From positions 66,145-130,144 of the forward strand of contig JACDBH010000001.1 in NCBI GenBank assembly GCA_013694995.1: a stretch of 64,000 bases of DNA, in the 5' to 3' direction. This DNA is from Candidatus Saccharimonadota bacterium (GTDB lineage Bacteria > Patescibacteriota > Saccharimonadia > Saccharimonadales > JACDBH01). Below, piece after piece: positions 17,516-27,925 of this stretch. The position numbers and the translations under genes are program-made. The number at the start of each line of letters is the position of its first letter. The stretch's first letter is position 1. The notes under the pieces are model-generated. The model was not told where the DNA came from and did no database searches. It saw nothing but the letters and a program-made list of their open reading frames with translations.

Positions 17516-18556
17516 ATGAGCATACTGAGTGGGGTATCTAATTTCTTCGGCCTTGATATAGGTACTACTGCCGTGCGCGTAGTCCAATTAAGAGGCACCG
17601 GACCAGCTAAAGCTTTGGTTAAGTACGGCTACCTGCCGATAGATAGCAAATTGTCCATGAGTGATTCCAAGACTGATCTGCAAAAGATTGCCCAATCAGT
17701 CAAAGAACTGGTTACCCAAGCAGGGATTACCTCTAAGGAAGTGGCGGTAGGGCTGCCCTCAAGCAAGGTATTTACAACAGTTGCAGAATTTGACAAATTA
17801 TCACCGTCTGAAATGCAAAAAACTCTACAGTACCAAGCTGAATCACTTATCCCTACGCCGCTTAGCGAGAGCAAGATTGACTGGGCACTAATCGGCGAAT
17901 CCCCAAAAGATCCTGCAAAAGTAGAGGTACTTCTAAGTAGTGTAACTAACGAATTTGTTGAAAGCCGACTGGAAATGCTCGAATCCATTGGACTTAATGT
18001 CATAGCATTCGAACCTGACGCTATAGCACTTGTTCGAGCAATGACGGCGGCCGATAATCCATTGCCGGTATTGGTTATCGATATGGGCAGTAAAACTACC
18101 GATATGGTTGTAACAATGGGTGGCGTGCCGCGCCTGACGCGGTCTTTGCCTACAGGCACAGATGCCGTACTGCGTTCTGCTATTCAAAATCTTAATATTG
18201 ACGAGAAACAAGCCCAGCAGTTCGTATTTAAATTCGGCCTTGGCAAGGAGAAGTTAGAGGGGCAAATCTACAACGCAATTATTGGGACTATCGATCTACT
18301 AGTAAACGACATCGAGAAGTCGATTAAATTCTTCCTATCAAAATACCCAACAGTAAAATTTGATCGGATTATTATGACCGGCGGAGCATCAGTGCTACCT
18401 GAGTTTCCGCTGTACATCGCCAACAAATTTGGTATCAATGTTGAAATAGGCAATGCCTGGCGTAACGTTGCATTTCCGGCCGATAGGCAAAATGAACTTT
18501 TGGCTGTATCTAATCATTTTGGTGTTGCAGCAGGGCTGGCGGAGCGAAACGAATGA
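17516..18556 (+). CDS. pilM: type IV pilus assembly protein PilM (actin-like ATPase fold)
   Basis: 346 aa. FGLDIGTTAVRVVQL...VIDMGSKTTDMVV...IIMTGGASVLPEF. Followed by pilN with a 4-nt overlap. Confidence 0.85.
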   Translation: MSILSGVSNFFGLDIGTTAVRVVQLRGTGPAKALVKYGYLPIDSKLSMSDSKTDLQKIAQSVKELVTQAGITSKEVAVGLPSSKVFTTVAEFDKLSPSEMQKTLQYQAESLIPTPLSESKIDWALIGESPKDPAKVEVLLSSVTNEFVESRLEMLESIGLNVIAFEPDAIALVRAMTAADNPLPVLVIDMGSKTTDMVVTMGGVPRLTRSLPTGTDAVLRSAIQNLNIDEKQAQQFVFKFGLGKEKLEGQIYNAIIGTIDLLVNDIEKSIKFFLSKYPTVKFDRIIMTGGASVLPEFPLYIANKFGINVEIGNAWRNVAFPADRQNELLAVSNHFGVAAGLAERNE

Positions 18557-19233
18557 TCCAATTTAACCTCCTTCCTGATATAAAAGTAGAGTTCATGCGC
18601 ACAAAGCGGCTGAAGCGCGTTATTATACTAGGCTCAGTCATTGCATCCATAGTTTCAATATTAATAATGATGGGAATGTTTTCTTTAAATGCAGCTCAAA
18701 ATCTCCACCTCAGTAATCTGGATGAGGATATCAAAAAAATTAAGTCAGAATTTGATGCCAACCCGGACCTCAATAAAATATTGACTGTGCAGAACCAACT
18801 TAATAGTTTGCCCTCGCTTTATGCCAGTCGTCCAGCGGCGACCCGGCTGACAAAATACATCGAACAGACAACCCCAGCCGATATTGGACTAACCAAGATA
18901 GTAGTTAATTTCACAGATTATACAATGGAGGTGTCTGGAAAATCATCGTCACTACAAACAGTTAATACTTATGCAGATACCTTGAAGTTTACGTCTTATA
19001 CCACGGGTAGCGACCAGACGACAGCTTTAGCCTTTAAAGATGTTGTTTTAAGTGAATTCAGCCGGGATGAGATAGCGGAATTTACGATAACTTTAGCTTA
19101 TGATCCGCTTATATTTGATGAGGCGGAAGAAGTAAACCTTGTAATTCCAAGTGCAGTTACTACTCGTTCAGAGCTTGCAAGACCCGGCTTTGACCTATTT
19201 GTAGGTACTCCAACAGAAACAGAGGAGCAATAA
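18553..19233 (+). CDS. pilN: type IV pilus assembly protein PilN-like
   Basis: MIQFNLLPD...KRLKRVIILGSVIASIVSILIMM (the INLLP-type N-terminus plus a TM segment). Position after pilM. Confidence 0.7.
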   Translation: MIQFNLLPDIKVEFMRTKRLKRVIILGSVIASIVSILIMMGMFSLNAAQNLHLSNLDEDIKKIKSEFDANPDLNKILTVQNQLNSLPSLYASRPAATRLTKYIEQTTPADIGLTKIVVNFTDYTMEVSGKSSSLQTVNTYADTLKFTSYTTGSDQTTALAFKDVVLSEFSRDEIAEFTITLAYDPLIFDEAEEVNLVIPSAVTTRSELARPGFDLFVGTPTETEEQ

Positions 19234-19234
19234 T

Positions 19235-19894
19235 ATGGCTACTGCAAAAAAGCAGACCAAACGGGCAAGTGTAGATAAGGATAAAACTACAATATTTGTG
19301 ATTGTGGCTATAGCAGCCTTGCTAGTAACTGGATCGTTGGTTGTAAGTAAGAATCTTTTAAGCCAAGGTAACTATCTCAGCAAGGTAGCTGGTAAAAAAG
19401 AAGTAGCACTAAAACAACTTGAGAATAACAAGCAAGCGGCCTCTACTTTAGAGCAGTCTTATAAAGACTTTGCCAATCAGGATCCTAATCTTATTGGCGG
19501 GACAGTCGCAGGCAAGGGTGAGCGTGATGGTGATAATGCTAAACTTATCCTTGACGCGCTACCTAGCAAGTATGATTTTCCGGCATTGACCGCAAGCATT
19601 GAGAAGATGCTAACTGGCTATTCCATCGAAGAAATAGAAGGCGTGGATGACGCATTATCACAACAATCAGCTGTACCGGCAGGTTCAGTTGAAATGCCTT
19701 TCTCTATGGATATAATTACTAATTATGAAGGTCTTCGGACGCTGCTAGAGAAGCTTGACCGTTCTATTCGTCCTTTTCAGATTACAAAAATTGACTTAAG
19801 TGGCACTAATGCTGCGTTACAATCAAAAATTGAGGCAAAAACCTATTACCAACCTGAAAAAGGCCTGCAAATAACCAATGAAAGCGTAATATGA
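19235..19894 (+). CDS. pilO: type IV pilus assembly protein PilO-like
   Basis: 219 aa. N-terminal TM, then a coiled-coil segment. The call rests mainly on its position between pilN and pilB. Confidence 0.5.
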   Translation: MATAKKQTKRASVDKDKTTIFVIVAIAALLVTGSLVVSKNLLSQGNYLSKVAGKKEVALKQLENNKQAASTLEQSYKDFANQDPNLIGGTVAGKGERDGDNAKLILDALPSKYDFPALTASIEKMLTGYSIEEIEGVDDALSQQSAVPAGSVEMPFSMDIITNYEGLRTLLEKLDRSIRPFQITKIDLSGTNAALQSKIEAKTYYQPEKGLQITNESVI

Positions 19895-20139
19895 AACAAC
19901 AGGATGTAGCAGTTATTATAGCAATTGTGTTTTTTGCAGGAGTGTTTTCAGTAGTGCTTTCAAATAAATTCATATCCCCTCCTAGCAGTAAGCGCACGGC
20001 GGAAGTTGTACAGCCAATTACAGCCGATTTTGTGTTACCGAGTACAGATGTCTTTAACGCTACGGCAGAGAACCCAACTCGGCTAATTGAAATTGCACCA
20101 AATGCAAACAACCAGCCGTTTGCAGATGCAAACAATTAA
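19891..20139 (+). CDS. small membrane protein in the pilus operon
   Basis: 82 aa with one TM (VAVIIAIVFFAGVFSVVL). 4-nt overlap with pilO-like. Confidence 0.5.
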   Translation: MKQQDVAVIIAIVFFAGVFSVVLSNKFISPPSSKRTAEVVQPITADFVLPSTDVFNATAENPTRLIEIAPNANNQPFADANN

Positions 20140-20148
20140 GGAGGCCGA

Positions 20149-21933
20149 ATGAGTGTTTTATCGGCGTCTACTCAAAAGCAAGTAGAGGAACAGCTCGTCA
20201 AAGATGGCTTGCTTGATGATAGCCAACTCAGTTCACTTAAGGCTAAAGCCGAAAAATCCAGTACGCCACTTTTTTCACTTTTGGTTTCGGACGGTATTGT
20301 CGACAACGAAAATCTTACCAAGGCGACTGCTGTAGTCACAAAAGTCCCATATGTAAATTTGACAACAGCAAGGATTGACCCCGAAACACTAGAACTACTG
20401 CCTCACGAGGTAGCCGAGCAATATATGGCTGTCCCTTTGGGCGAAATGCAACACCGTTTAGTAGTAGCGATGCTCGATGCCGATAATGTGCAGGCTGTAG
20501 ATTTTTTAAGCAATAAAATCGGCCGTCCATTGAAGGTATATGCTGCGAGCGAACAGGGTATTCGCAGTGCATTGATGCAGTATAAAGCCAAACTTGATGA
20601 AAACGTAGCCGGAGCGCTTGCAAAAGACGCGGCCTTACCATCTGGAGGTGAAAATCAAGCTACTGACAAAGACAAGAATATTAAAACAATTGTCCAGGAT
20701 TCACCTATTAGCAAAGCGCTCAGCACTATACTTGAGTACTCCGCCAAAAACCGGGCAAGCGATATCCATATTGAACCGCTTGAGAAGGAACTCAAGATCC
20801 GAGTGCGAATAGATGGGGTACTAAGAGAAATCATGAAGTTGCCTAAAAGCACTGAAGCACCGCTTGTGAGCCGCATTAAGATCTTAAGCAACCTCAAGAT
20901 TGACGAACACCGTATCCCACAGGATGGCCAGTTTACTATCAAGGCCGATAATAAAGAAATTGACCTTCGTATTGCCATTTCTCCGGTGGTTTGGGGAGAG
21001 CAGGTCGTTATCCGGCTTTTGGATAAGTCTGGAACCAGTCTGAAATTGGAAGATATGGGTTATACTGGCCGGGCGTTACGTACTATCCGTAAAGGCATCA
21101 GTAACCCTAACGGCATGATTTTGACTTCCGGACCGACCGGTTCGGGTAAGAGCACGAGTCTTTACGCGCTCATCCAGGAAATTAAAAACGACACCATTAA
21201 CATTGTCACACTAGAAGATCCGGTTGAATATAAGATGAGCGGAATTAACCAGATCCAAATTAATGCCGATGTCGGCCTGACTTTCGCAACTGGTTTACGT
21301 TCGGTCTTGCGCCAGGATCCCGATGTTGTGATGGTAGGGGAGATCCGGGATGCAGAAACGGCAGCGTTGGCTGTGCAGGCAGCACTCACGGGCCACCTAG
21401 TCTTTAGTACGCTTCATACCAACTCTGCTGCCGGTATATTACCGCGTTTACTGGATATGGGCGTAGAACCATTTTTGATAGCCAGTACGGTTCGTACAGT
21501 TATTGGTCAACGACTGGTACGCCGTCTAGCAACTCCCGAAGCCTACCAGTCCGATAAAGCAGAAGCTGGTTTAATAAATGAGCATTTAGGCATGCTTTTA
21601 CCAGAAAAGGACTCTGGTGTTGCGGACGTAGCCGAAGATTTAGGCTATGAAACCTTGCCTCTAAGGGGCCAAAGCGCTTATACTTTATTTAAAGGCAAAG
21701 ACACACCGGATGCGCCGGGCGGATATCGCGGACGGGTCGGTTTGTACGAAGTCTTTGAGGTTACGGAATCAATCCAAGACCTCATCATGAAGCGGGCATC
21801 GAGCGCCGAGATCCAGAAGGCAGCTCAGGCAGAAGGTATGATTACTATGCAACAAGATGGATTCTTCAAAGCACTGGCAGGCAAAACTACCATTGCCGAA
21901 ATAACGAGGGTGGCAGCAGATGACGCAGCATAA
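20149..21933 (+). CDS. pilB: type IV pilus extension ATPase PilB (GspE family)
   Basis: 594 aa. N-terminal GspII_E-like region, Walker A LTSGPTGSGKSTSLYA, Asp box, Walker B VVMVGEIRD, His box TGHLVFSTLHTN. Confidence 0.92.
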   Translation: MSVLSASTQKQVEEQLVKDGLLDDSQLSSLKAKAEKSSTPLFSLLVSDGIVDNENLTKATAVVTKVPYVNLTTARIDPETLELLPHEVAEQYMAVPLGEMQHRLVVAMLDADNVQAVDFLSNKIGRPLKVYAASEQGIRSALMQYKAKLDENVAGALAKDAALPSGGENQATDKDKNIKTIVQDSPISKALSTILEYSAKNRASDIHIEPLEKELKIRVRIDGVLREIMKLPKSTEAPLVSRIKILSNLKIDEHRIPQDGQFTIKADNKEIDLRIAISPVVWGEQVVIRLLDKSGTSLKLEDMGYTGRALRTIRKGISNPNGMILTSGPTGSGKSTSLYALIQEIKNDTINIVTLEDPVEYKMSGINQIQINADVGLTFATGLRSVLRQDPDVVMVGEIRDAETAALAVQAALTGHLVFSTLHTNSAAGILPRLLDMGVEPFLIASTVRTVIGQRLVRRLATPEAYQSDKAEAGLINEHLGMLLPEKDSGVADVAEDLGYETLPLRGQSAYTLFKGKDTPDAPGGYRGRVGLYEVFEVTESIQDLIMKRASSAEIQKAAQAEGMITMQQDGFFKALAGKTTIAEITRVAADDAA

Positions 21934-22058
21934 AGGAGCAGCAATGAAATACAGAGTACAGCGTACAGAGCATAAAATAGGCAAATGTAGTGAATATAAA
22001 CTACTCAGTACTCAGTACTTTCTACTAAGCACTATAAATTCTGAAGGGATTTATTAAT

Positions 22059-23132
22059 ATGGCTGCATCAGCCCAACCTCGTATAGAAATCTTGCTGGAA
22101 GAAGTTATCAAAAAGAAAGCATCCGACTTGCACTTACAAGTAGGCCTTCCACCGATGTTAAGGGTAGACGGCTCATTATTGGCTGTCACAGGTGCCGAGC
22201 CGTTGACCGAAGAATCAATTGAGGTACTGATTTTTGCAGTTTTAGATGATGACCAGAAGCAAATACTTCTTAAAGACAAAGAGTTTGACTTTAGCTTTGC
22301 CTTTGGTGATTTGGGACGTTTCCGGGTTAACGCTTTCCACGAACGGGGTAACCTAGCCGCTGCACTTCGCCTTATCCCGAATGAAGTCATGACAGTTGAG
22401 CAACTTGGACTGCCGCCGGTCATCAGTAAATTTACCGAATATCCCCGCGGCCTTGTGCTGGTAACTGGCCCAACCGGCTCAGGTAAGTCAACGACACTTG
22501 CCGCAATGATTCACAAAATCAATGCCGATCGGGCCTGCCATATCGTAACGATTGAGGATCCGATTGAATTTACACATAAAAGTAACCGCTCAGTGATTGT
22601 ACAGCGTGAAGTTCACTATGATACGTTCTCTTTTAGTGCAGCGCTTAGAAGTGCGCTACGCCAAGACCCGGATGTCGTATTGATTGGTGAGATGCGCGAC
22701 CTTGAAACTATAGCTGCGGCGATTACGATTGCTGAAACCGGCCACTTGGTATTTGCGACACTACACACCAATAGTGCCGCCCAAAGCATCGACCGCATGA
22801 TCGACGTCTTTCCACCGCACCAGCAGCCTCAGATAAGGGCACAGCTAAGCAATATACTGATGGCTATCTGTTCCCAACGTCTTATTCCAGCTATTGGTGG
22901 AGGCCGCATGGCTGCTGCTGAAGTCCTAATTGCTACACCGGCTGTGCGTAACATTATCCGCGAAGGTAAGAGTCACCAGCTTGACGCCGTAATACAGACA
23001 GGGGCAGAGTTTGGGATGCAGAGCATGGATAAGACACTTGTCGGGCTAATACACGCTGGTACTATTACTTATGATGAAGCTAGAAATTTTGCTGTCGATA
23101 TATCCGAATTAGACAGGCTTATGAGAGGCTAA
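22059..23132 (+). CDS. pilT: twitching-motility retraction ATPase PilT
   Basis: 357 aa. ASDLHLQVGLPPMLRVDG, VTGPTGSGKSTTLAAMI, VVLIGEMRD, TGHLVFATLHTNSAAQSIDR, AxxNIIREGK. Confidence 0.92.
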   Translation: MAASAQPRIEILLEEVIKKKASDLHLQVGLPPMLRVDGSLLAVTGAEPLTEESIEVLIFAVLDDDQKQILLKDKEFDFSFAFGDLGRFRVNAFHERGNLAAALRLIPNEVMTVEQLGLPPVISKFTEYPRGLVLVTGPTGSGKSTTLAAMIHKINADRACHIVTIEDPIEFTHKSNRSVIVQREVHYDTFSFSAALRSALRQDPDVVLIGEMRDLETIAAAITIAETGHLVFATLHTNSAAQSIDRMIDVFPPHQQPQIRAQLSNILMAICSQRLIPAIGGGRMAAAEVLIATPAVRNIIREGKSHQLDAVIQTGAEFGMQSMDKTLVGLIHAGTITYDEARNFAVDISELDRLMRG

Positions 23133-23235
23133 TGATGAGTTTAAAGTCAAAAGTTCATAAAGTTTATAAAGAAGAAAGCAGTACACTTTCTACTTTTGAC
23201 TTGTTACTTTTGACTAGAAAGGCCGAAGGTCTTTC

Positions 23236-24462
23236 ATGTTGACCTTTAGCTACACAGCCCGGGACAGCAAGACCGGAGCAAAAATAAGTGCGGAAGTCCA
23301 AGCTGACAGTGAAAACGCTGCTGCTAAACTTATCCGTCAGGAAGGCCTTTCACCACTCGAAATACATATAAAAGATGGAACAAGCAATAACCCCATTTCT
23401 AAATTTAAAAATAGGGTCAAATCCAAAGACCGCATATTGTTTGCACGCCAACTATCTACGCTGATTAATGCCGGTCTGCCGTTGGTTCAGAGCATGCGTA
23501 GTGTATTTGACCAGACCCAAAGTAAGCCATTAAAGATTATAGTTGGCAAAATTATTAATGACATTGAAGCTGGTGGTACATTTTCTAGTTCTTTAGCCCG
23601 CCACCCCAAAGTGTTTAACCAAATTTTTGTTAGCCTGATTGCAGCTGGTGAAGTATCTGGTACACTCGATACCGCACTAGAGCGCGTGGCTTTCCAGCAA
23701 GAAAAAGATGCTGAAATTATGAGCAAAGTACGCGGAGCTATGGCATATCCGGCCATTGTTTTGCTCGTCATGACAGCTGTTATCGGCTTTATGGTTGTGA
23801 GTGTTTTGCCCCAAGTAGAGAGTATTTATAAGGAAATGCCTGGTGCCCAGCTGCCGATTTCTACCAAGCTTTTACTTCTATTATCACATTTCGTAATTGA
23901 CTATTGGTGGGCAGTTCTAATCTTCCTAGGTGTAATGATCTTCATAACTACCAAATGGGCGCGTACAGGCCCAGGCAAGCTAATAATAGACCGGGCTAAG
24001 ATGAAAATGTGGCCGATTGGGCAGTTGTTTATGAAGCTTTATATGGCGCGCTTTGCCCGCACCGGCACGACACTGGTTGCAAGTGGCGTACCGCTGCTGC
24101 AGATGTTAGAGATTACAGCAAAGTCAATCAGTAATGTTCACATTGAGGCCGCACTCATTCAAGCTATGGATAAAGTCCGGGGCGGTAAAGCGCTGTCTAC
24201 CGCTATAGAAGGCGACCCAAATTTCCTTGATTTAGTACCTAAGATGCTGCAGATAGGTGAGCAATCCGGGCAGATTGAGCAAATGCTAGCTAAAATTGCT
24301 GAATACTTTGAGAAAGAGGTAGATAATCAGATTAAGACAATATCAACAATTATCGAGCCAGTTATGATGGTGCTTTTAGGCATAGTTGCCTTTATCCTTG
24401 TAGGAGCTATTCTGCTACCTATCTATGGCTTAGCAGGCCAATCCGGGCTTGGAGGGGGATAA
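23236..24462 (+). CDS. pilC: type IV pilus platform protein PilC (GspF family)
   Basis: 408 aa. Duplicated GspF repeats (FARQLSTLINAGLPLVQS; FARTGTTLVASGVPLLQM) and three TM blocks. Confidence 0.9.
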   Translation: MLTFSYTARDSKTGAKISAEVQADSENAAAKLIRQEGLSPLEIHIKDGTSNNPISKFKNRVKSKDRILFARQLSTLINAGLPLVQSMRSVFDQTQSKPLKIIVGKIINDIEAGGTFSSSLARHPKVFNQIFVSLIAAGEVSGTLDTALERVAFQQEKDAEIMSKVRGAMAYPAIVLLVMTAVIGFMVVSVLPQVESIYKEMPGAQLPISTKLLLLLSHFVIDYWWAVLIFLGVMIFITTKWARTGPGKLIIDRAKMKMWPIGQLFMKLYMARFARTGTTLVASGVPLLQMLEITAKSISNVHIEAALIQAMDKVRGGKALSTAIEGDPNFLDLVPKMLQIGEQSGQIEQMLAKIAEYFEKEVDNQIKTISTIIEPVMMVLLGIVAFILVGAILLPIYGLAGQSGLGGG

Positions 24463-24557
24463 CAGATAACAAAAAAGCTTGTGTTTTAAAAAGCAGCCAT
24501 GTATTATCAATTCATAATAGAAGTAACACAATAGTCGTCAAAGGGGGCATTTGCACT

Positions 24558-25013
24558 ATGTTCAAGAAACTACATAAAGATAACAGAGGGTTCACAATCA
24601 TCGAAGTTTTGATTGTACTTGCAATCGCTGGGTTAATAATGCTGATAGTATTCTTAGCGGTACCAGCTCTACAGCGCAACCAGCGTAACAACGCTCGTAC
24701 GGGTGATGCAGCACGCATCGCTGCTGCAGTCTCCGAATGTCTTGCCAATAGAAATGGGCGGACTGATTCTTGTAACGAATTAGTATTAGATGCAAATTTC
24801 GTGTCCACTACAGCTAGTGAGCTTCAAGTTGGGACAATGAATCAGCTGACGGGTGGACTTACGGGAGGCTCGACAATCACCAGTGGAATACTGGCTTTCG
24901 GTACCATATGCGATCCTACCACAACGAATAGCACTACACTTGGTGCTACGGCGCGTTCGTTCACGCTCGTATTTAAGCTTGAACCTGATATCAGTCGTTG
25001 TATAACCTCTTAA
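24558..25013 (+). CDS. pilA: major type IV pilin (prepilin)
   Basis: Class III signal MFKKLHKDNRG|FTIIEVLIVLAIAGLIMLIVF with Gly-1, Phe+1, Glu+5. A strong terminator follows immediately. Confidence 0.85.
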   Translation: MFKKLHKDNRGFTIIEVLIVLAIAGLIMLIVFLAVPALQRNQRNNARTGDAARIAAAVSECLANRNGRTDSCNELVLDANFVSTTASELQVGTMNQLTGGLTGGSTITSGILAFGTICDPTTTNSTTLGATARSFTLVFKLEPDISRCITS

Positions 25014-25030
25014 AATAAGATAGTAATACA

Positions 25031-25063
25031 TTCAAAATGAGCCTCTGATAGGCTCATTTTGAA
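25031..25063 (+). terminator. rho-independent terminator after the pilin gene
   Basis: Perfect 13-bp stem TTCAAAATGAGCC / GGCTCATTTTGAA with a 7-nt loop and a T-rich 3' arm. Confidence 0.65.
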
Positions 25064-25082
25064 TTGTGTTACTATAACGCTA

Positions 25083-25949
25083 ATGATTTATGTAATATTG
25101 AGTATAGTAGGTCTATGCCTAGGTAGTTTTGTGAATGCATTTGTCTGGCGACTGCATGAGCAAGGAGAAGGGAATAGGGCAAGGGGTCGAGGGTCAAGTA
25201 AAAAAGGTAATAAACTTGATCCTAAGCGACTTTCAATCCTGAAAGGCCGGTCCATGTGCCCGCATTGCAAACATGAGCTTGCCGCCAAAGATTTAGTACC
25301 AGTTTTAAGCTGGCTTAGCCTAAAGGGTAAGTGCCGTTACTGTCATAAACCCATATCATGGCAATATCCACTAGTCGAGCTTATTACCGCAGGATTGTTC
25401 ATAGTTTCTTATCTTTTCTGGCCGCTATCTCCAGTCTCCAGTCTCCAATCTTCAGTCAACTTTATAGTGTGGTTAGTAATATTAGTTGGTTTTATGGCGC
25501 TCATCGTCTATGACTTCAAGTGGATGCTGCTGCCGAACCGGATAATCTATCCTCTTATAGCTATAAGTATCGCTCTCGTATCGTTTAATGTTATTTTTAC
25601 CGGCAACTTAAGTTTGCTACTACAAACTGGTTTAAGCGTTTTGATTGCTGGCGGAATATTTTATGCCATTTTTGCAGTTTCTGACGGTAAATGGATAGGT
25701 GGTGGGGATGTAAAGCTAGGGTTTTTAATCGGCTTGCTTCTCATGGATCCCTACCAGTCTTTTTTAGTATTATTTCTATCGTCAATTATTGGAACAATAG
25801 TAGTTGTACCTGGGATGTTGCTTAAAAAGGTCACTGTACGAAGTCGCATACCTTTTGGCCCGTTCCTTATCATAGCCGCTATTATTGTTCGACTGTTCGG
25901 AGCATCAATTGTTACCTGGTATAAGAGCGTATTGTTACTTCAAGCTTGA
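25083..25949 (+). CDS. pilD: prepilin peptidase / N-methyltransferase PilD
   Basis: GRSMCPHCKHELAAKDLVPVLSWLSLKGKCRYCHKPISWQYPLVEL (Cys-box), multiple TMs, GGGDVKL active-site region. The start is moved to ATG 25083 because the track start (25059) lies inside the pilin terminator. Confidence 0.88.
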   Translation: MIYVILSIVGLCLGSFVNAFVWRLHEQGEGNRARGRGSSKKGNKLDPKRLSILKGRSMCPHCKHELAAKDLVPVLSWLSLKGKCRYCHKPISWQYPLVELITAGLFIVSYLFWPLSPVSSLQSSVNFIVWLVILVGFMALIVYDFKWMLLPNRIIYPLIAISIALVSFNVIFTGNLSLLLQTGLSVLIAGGIFYAIFAVSDGKWIGGGDVKLGFLIGLLLMDPYQSFLVLFLSSIIGTIVVVPGMLLKKVTVRSRIPFGPFLIIAAIIVRLFGASIVTWYKSVLLLQA

Positions 25950-25986
25950 GCAGTCAAGAATTCAACGCTTATGCTATACTACAGGT

Positions 25987-26811
25987 ATGAATCGGTGGCT
26001 GCAGGCAAAGCTGCCTGATAAGACGAAGCGTCAAAAAAAGTCTGAAGCAGGCTACACTATTACTGAAGTTATGATTGTTCTGGTCGTCAGTGCGGCTATG
26101 TTCACGGCAATTGTTGTCGGATTCCGAGGTCGACAAGCCGAAGTAGAATTTACCCAAGCAGTAAGAAACTTTGAGGCAAAAATACAGAATATGCAAAGTG
26201 ATGTTGTAAATGGCTATTACCCCAACGGCTTTGCCTGTACGGCAAGCGGAGTCAGCCGTCCAAACGTTAATAATTCATCGGTAAGTACGGATCCTGGTAC
26301 TCAAATCAACTGCATTTTTATGGGAAAATTATGGATTTCAGATACGAGTAGCAGTGAGGTTAGGACAATTTTAGGTAAAAGACAGGTTAGCGGAGTAGAT
26401 ATAACCACCACCAATAACAACCTCAGACAAATTAACAGAGACGGTTTGGCCGATATTTATAACCATAGTTTTGGCCTGGAAATTAGACAGGTATTTGCGG
26501 CTGACGGGATTACTCATTTAGGGGTCTTTGGCTACTTATTCCAACTTAGCGGCGGGGTAGCAACGGATTCATCTTCCAGTGGCAAGACTATTTTGTTATA
26601 TGGACTGCCAAATAGTGATCTGGATCATAATTTACTGGCAAGCGGTAATGAACTTGATAATTTACAACTGCAGCCTAATGGTATATTGATATGCTTACGT
26701 GGCGCCAACGGCCGCAGAGCACAGATTAGAATTGGTGAAAGTGGTAGCCAAACATCCATAAATACCGAGATTAATATTGGACCGGCGGAGATTCCCTGTG
26801 GAAACGCGTAA
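25987..26811 (+). CDS. minor (pseudo)pilin
   Basis: ATG 25987 gives MNRWLQAKLPDKTKRQKKSEAG|YTITEVMIVLVVSAAMF (Gly-1, Glu+5). The track extension to 25885 overlaps pilD. Confidence 0.75.
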   Translation: MNRWLQAKLPDKTKRQKKSEAGYTITEVMIVLVVSAAMFTAIVVGFRGRQAEVEFTQAVRNFEAKIQNMQSDVVNGYYPNGFACTASGVSRPNVNNSSVSTDPGTQINCIFMGKLWISDTSSSEVRTILGKRQVSGVDITTTNNNLRQINRDGLADIYNHSFGLEIRQVFAADGITHLGVFGYLFQLSGGVATDSSSSGKTILLYGLPNSDLDHNLLASGNELDNLQLQPNGILICLRGANGRRAQIRIGESGSQTSINTEINIGPAEIPCGNA

Positions 26812-27265
26812 AAGACATCAAAGCGGCGATACTATCGTAGAAGTCTTAATTGCCATCGCCGTTATTACCAGTGTTTTGGGCACAGCTTTTGGGACGATGA
26901 ACCGCAATATGCTAATACTACGAGACAACCAGGAGCGTACAGAATCTACAAAGTTAGCCCAGGGTCAGATCGAGAGCTTAAAAGCCGCCTGGGATAATAC
27001 GTCCCAAAAAGCGCAAATTACTGGCCAATCAAGCTTTGGTTTCTGTATGAATGGCACAACAGTCGTGGATCTAACCGGCAATGCTGCTCCAACCGACATA
27101 ACAAGCGCAGATGACTTTGCTAACTATCCAGCGGAATGCAAGAAGTCGTATTACAACATTGGTATTAAGCGATTATCAGGCAAAACATACCGGGTATACG
27201 TACGTTACGACAGAGTTGGCGGCGGTCCGCGCTCAGAAATAATGATGGTGTATACATTGCCATGA
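26798..27265 (+). CDS. minor (pseudo)pilin
   Basis: Prepilin-like (V)ETRKRHQSG|DTIVEVLIAIAVITSVLG with Glu+5. GTG 26798 has GGAG 8 nt upstream. The ORF is open from 26777. Confidence 0.65.
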   Translation: METRKRHQSGDTIVEVLIAIAVITSVLGTAFGTMNRNMLILRDNQERTESTKLAQGQIESLKAAWDNTSQKAQITGQSSFGFCMNGTTVVDLTGNAAPTDITSADDFANYPAECKKSYYNIGIKRLSGKTYRVYVRYDRVGGGPRSEIMMVYTLP

Positions 27266-27918
27266 GTAAGTATGTTAAAAATCAGCACGGGTTTACGATT
27301 ATAGAGCTGATGATTGCCACAGCCGTGTTCTCATTAGTCTTATTGGTTTGTGCGGCAGCGGTTGCGCATGTCGGACGTATATACTACAAAGGAATTGTTA
27401 CTAGTAGGACTCAAGATACTGCCCGGCGTATAAACCAAGAAGTGTCAACGGTCGCCCAGTTTACAGGCTCTTCTGGAATTAGATCCACAGGTCCTGTAAC
27501 TCTCAGCGGTATTGATACCTATGCATATTGTATTGGGAATACGCGCTTTAGCTACGCAAAAGATAAAGCCCTGGGAACTGGTCTAGGAAAGTCAGCACAT
27601 GTCTTATGGAAGGACTCACATGGTCAAACAGAAGCTTGTATACCACTTGACCTTACCCAAACAATACCTGGTGGGGCAGATGGGTCAGAACTTTTAGGGC
27701 CAAATATGCGGCTGCCCATATTCAGTGTGGTTGCGGCCAACAAGCTTGTTACTATAAACTTGACAGTTACTTATGGTGATAGCAGCGATTTATTTATTCC
27801 GGAGGATTTAGCTGCAGTACCGGCTATCCCAGCATATACAATCTGCAAGGGATTATTGGTTGGCGGCCAATTTTGTGCAGTTTCATCAATTAATACTAGT
27901 GTACTGAAACGTTTATAG
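27262..27918 (+). CDS. minor (pseudo)pilin
   Basis: MSKYVKNQHG|FTIIELMIATAVFSLVLLV (Gly-1, Phe+1, Glu+5). 4-nt overlap with the previous gene. Confidence 0.75.
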   Translation: MSKYVKNQHGFTIIELMIATAVFSLVLLVCAAAVAHVGRIYYKGIVTSRTQDTARRINQEVSTVAQFTGSSGIRSTGPVTLSGIDTYAYCIGNTRFSYAKDKALGTGLGKSAHVLWKDSHGQTEACIPLDLTQTIPGGADGSELLGPNMRLPIFSVVAANKLVTINLTVTYGDSSDLFIPEDLAAVPAIPAYTICKGLLVGGQFCAVSSINTSVLKRL

Positions 27919-27925
27919 TTATTGT

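Noticed and set aside
17629-18159. 176-aa ORF antisense to pilM
   Set aside because: pilM is strongly supported in the opposite frame. The antisense product is low-complexity (S/T/I-rich).
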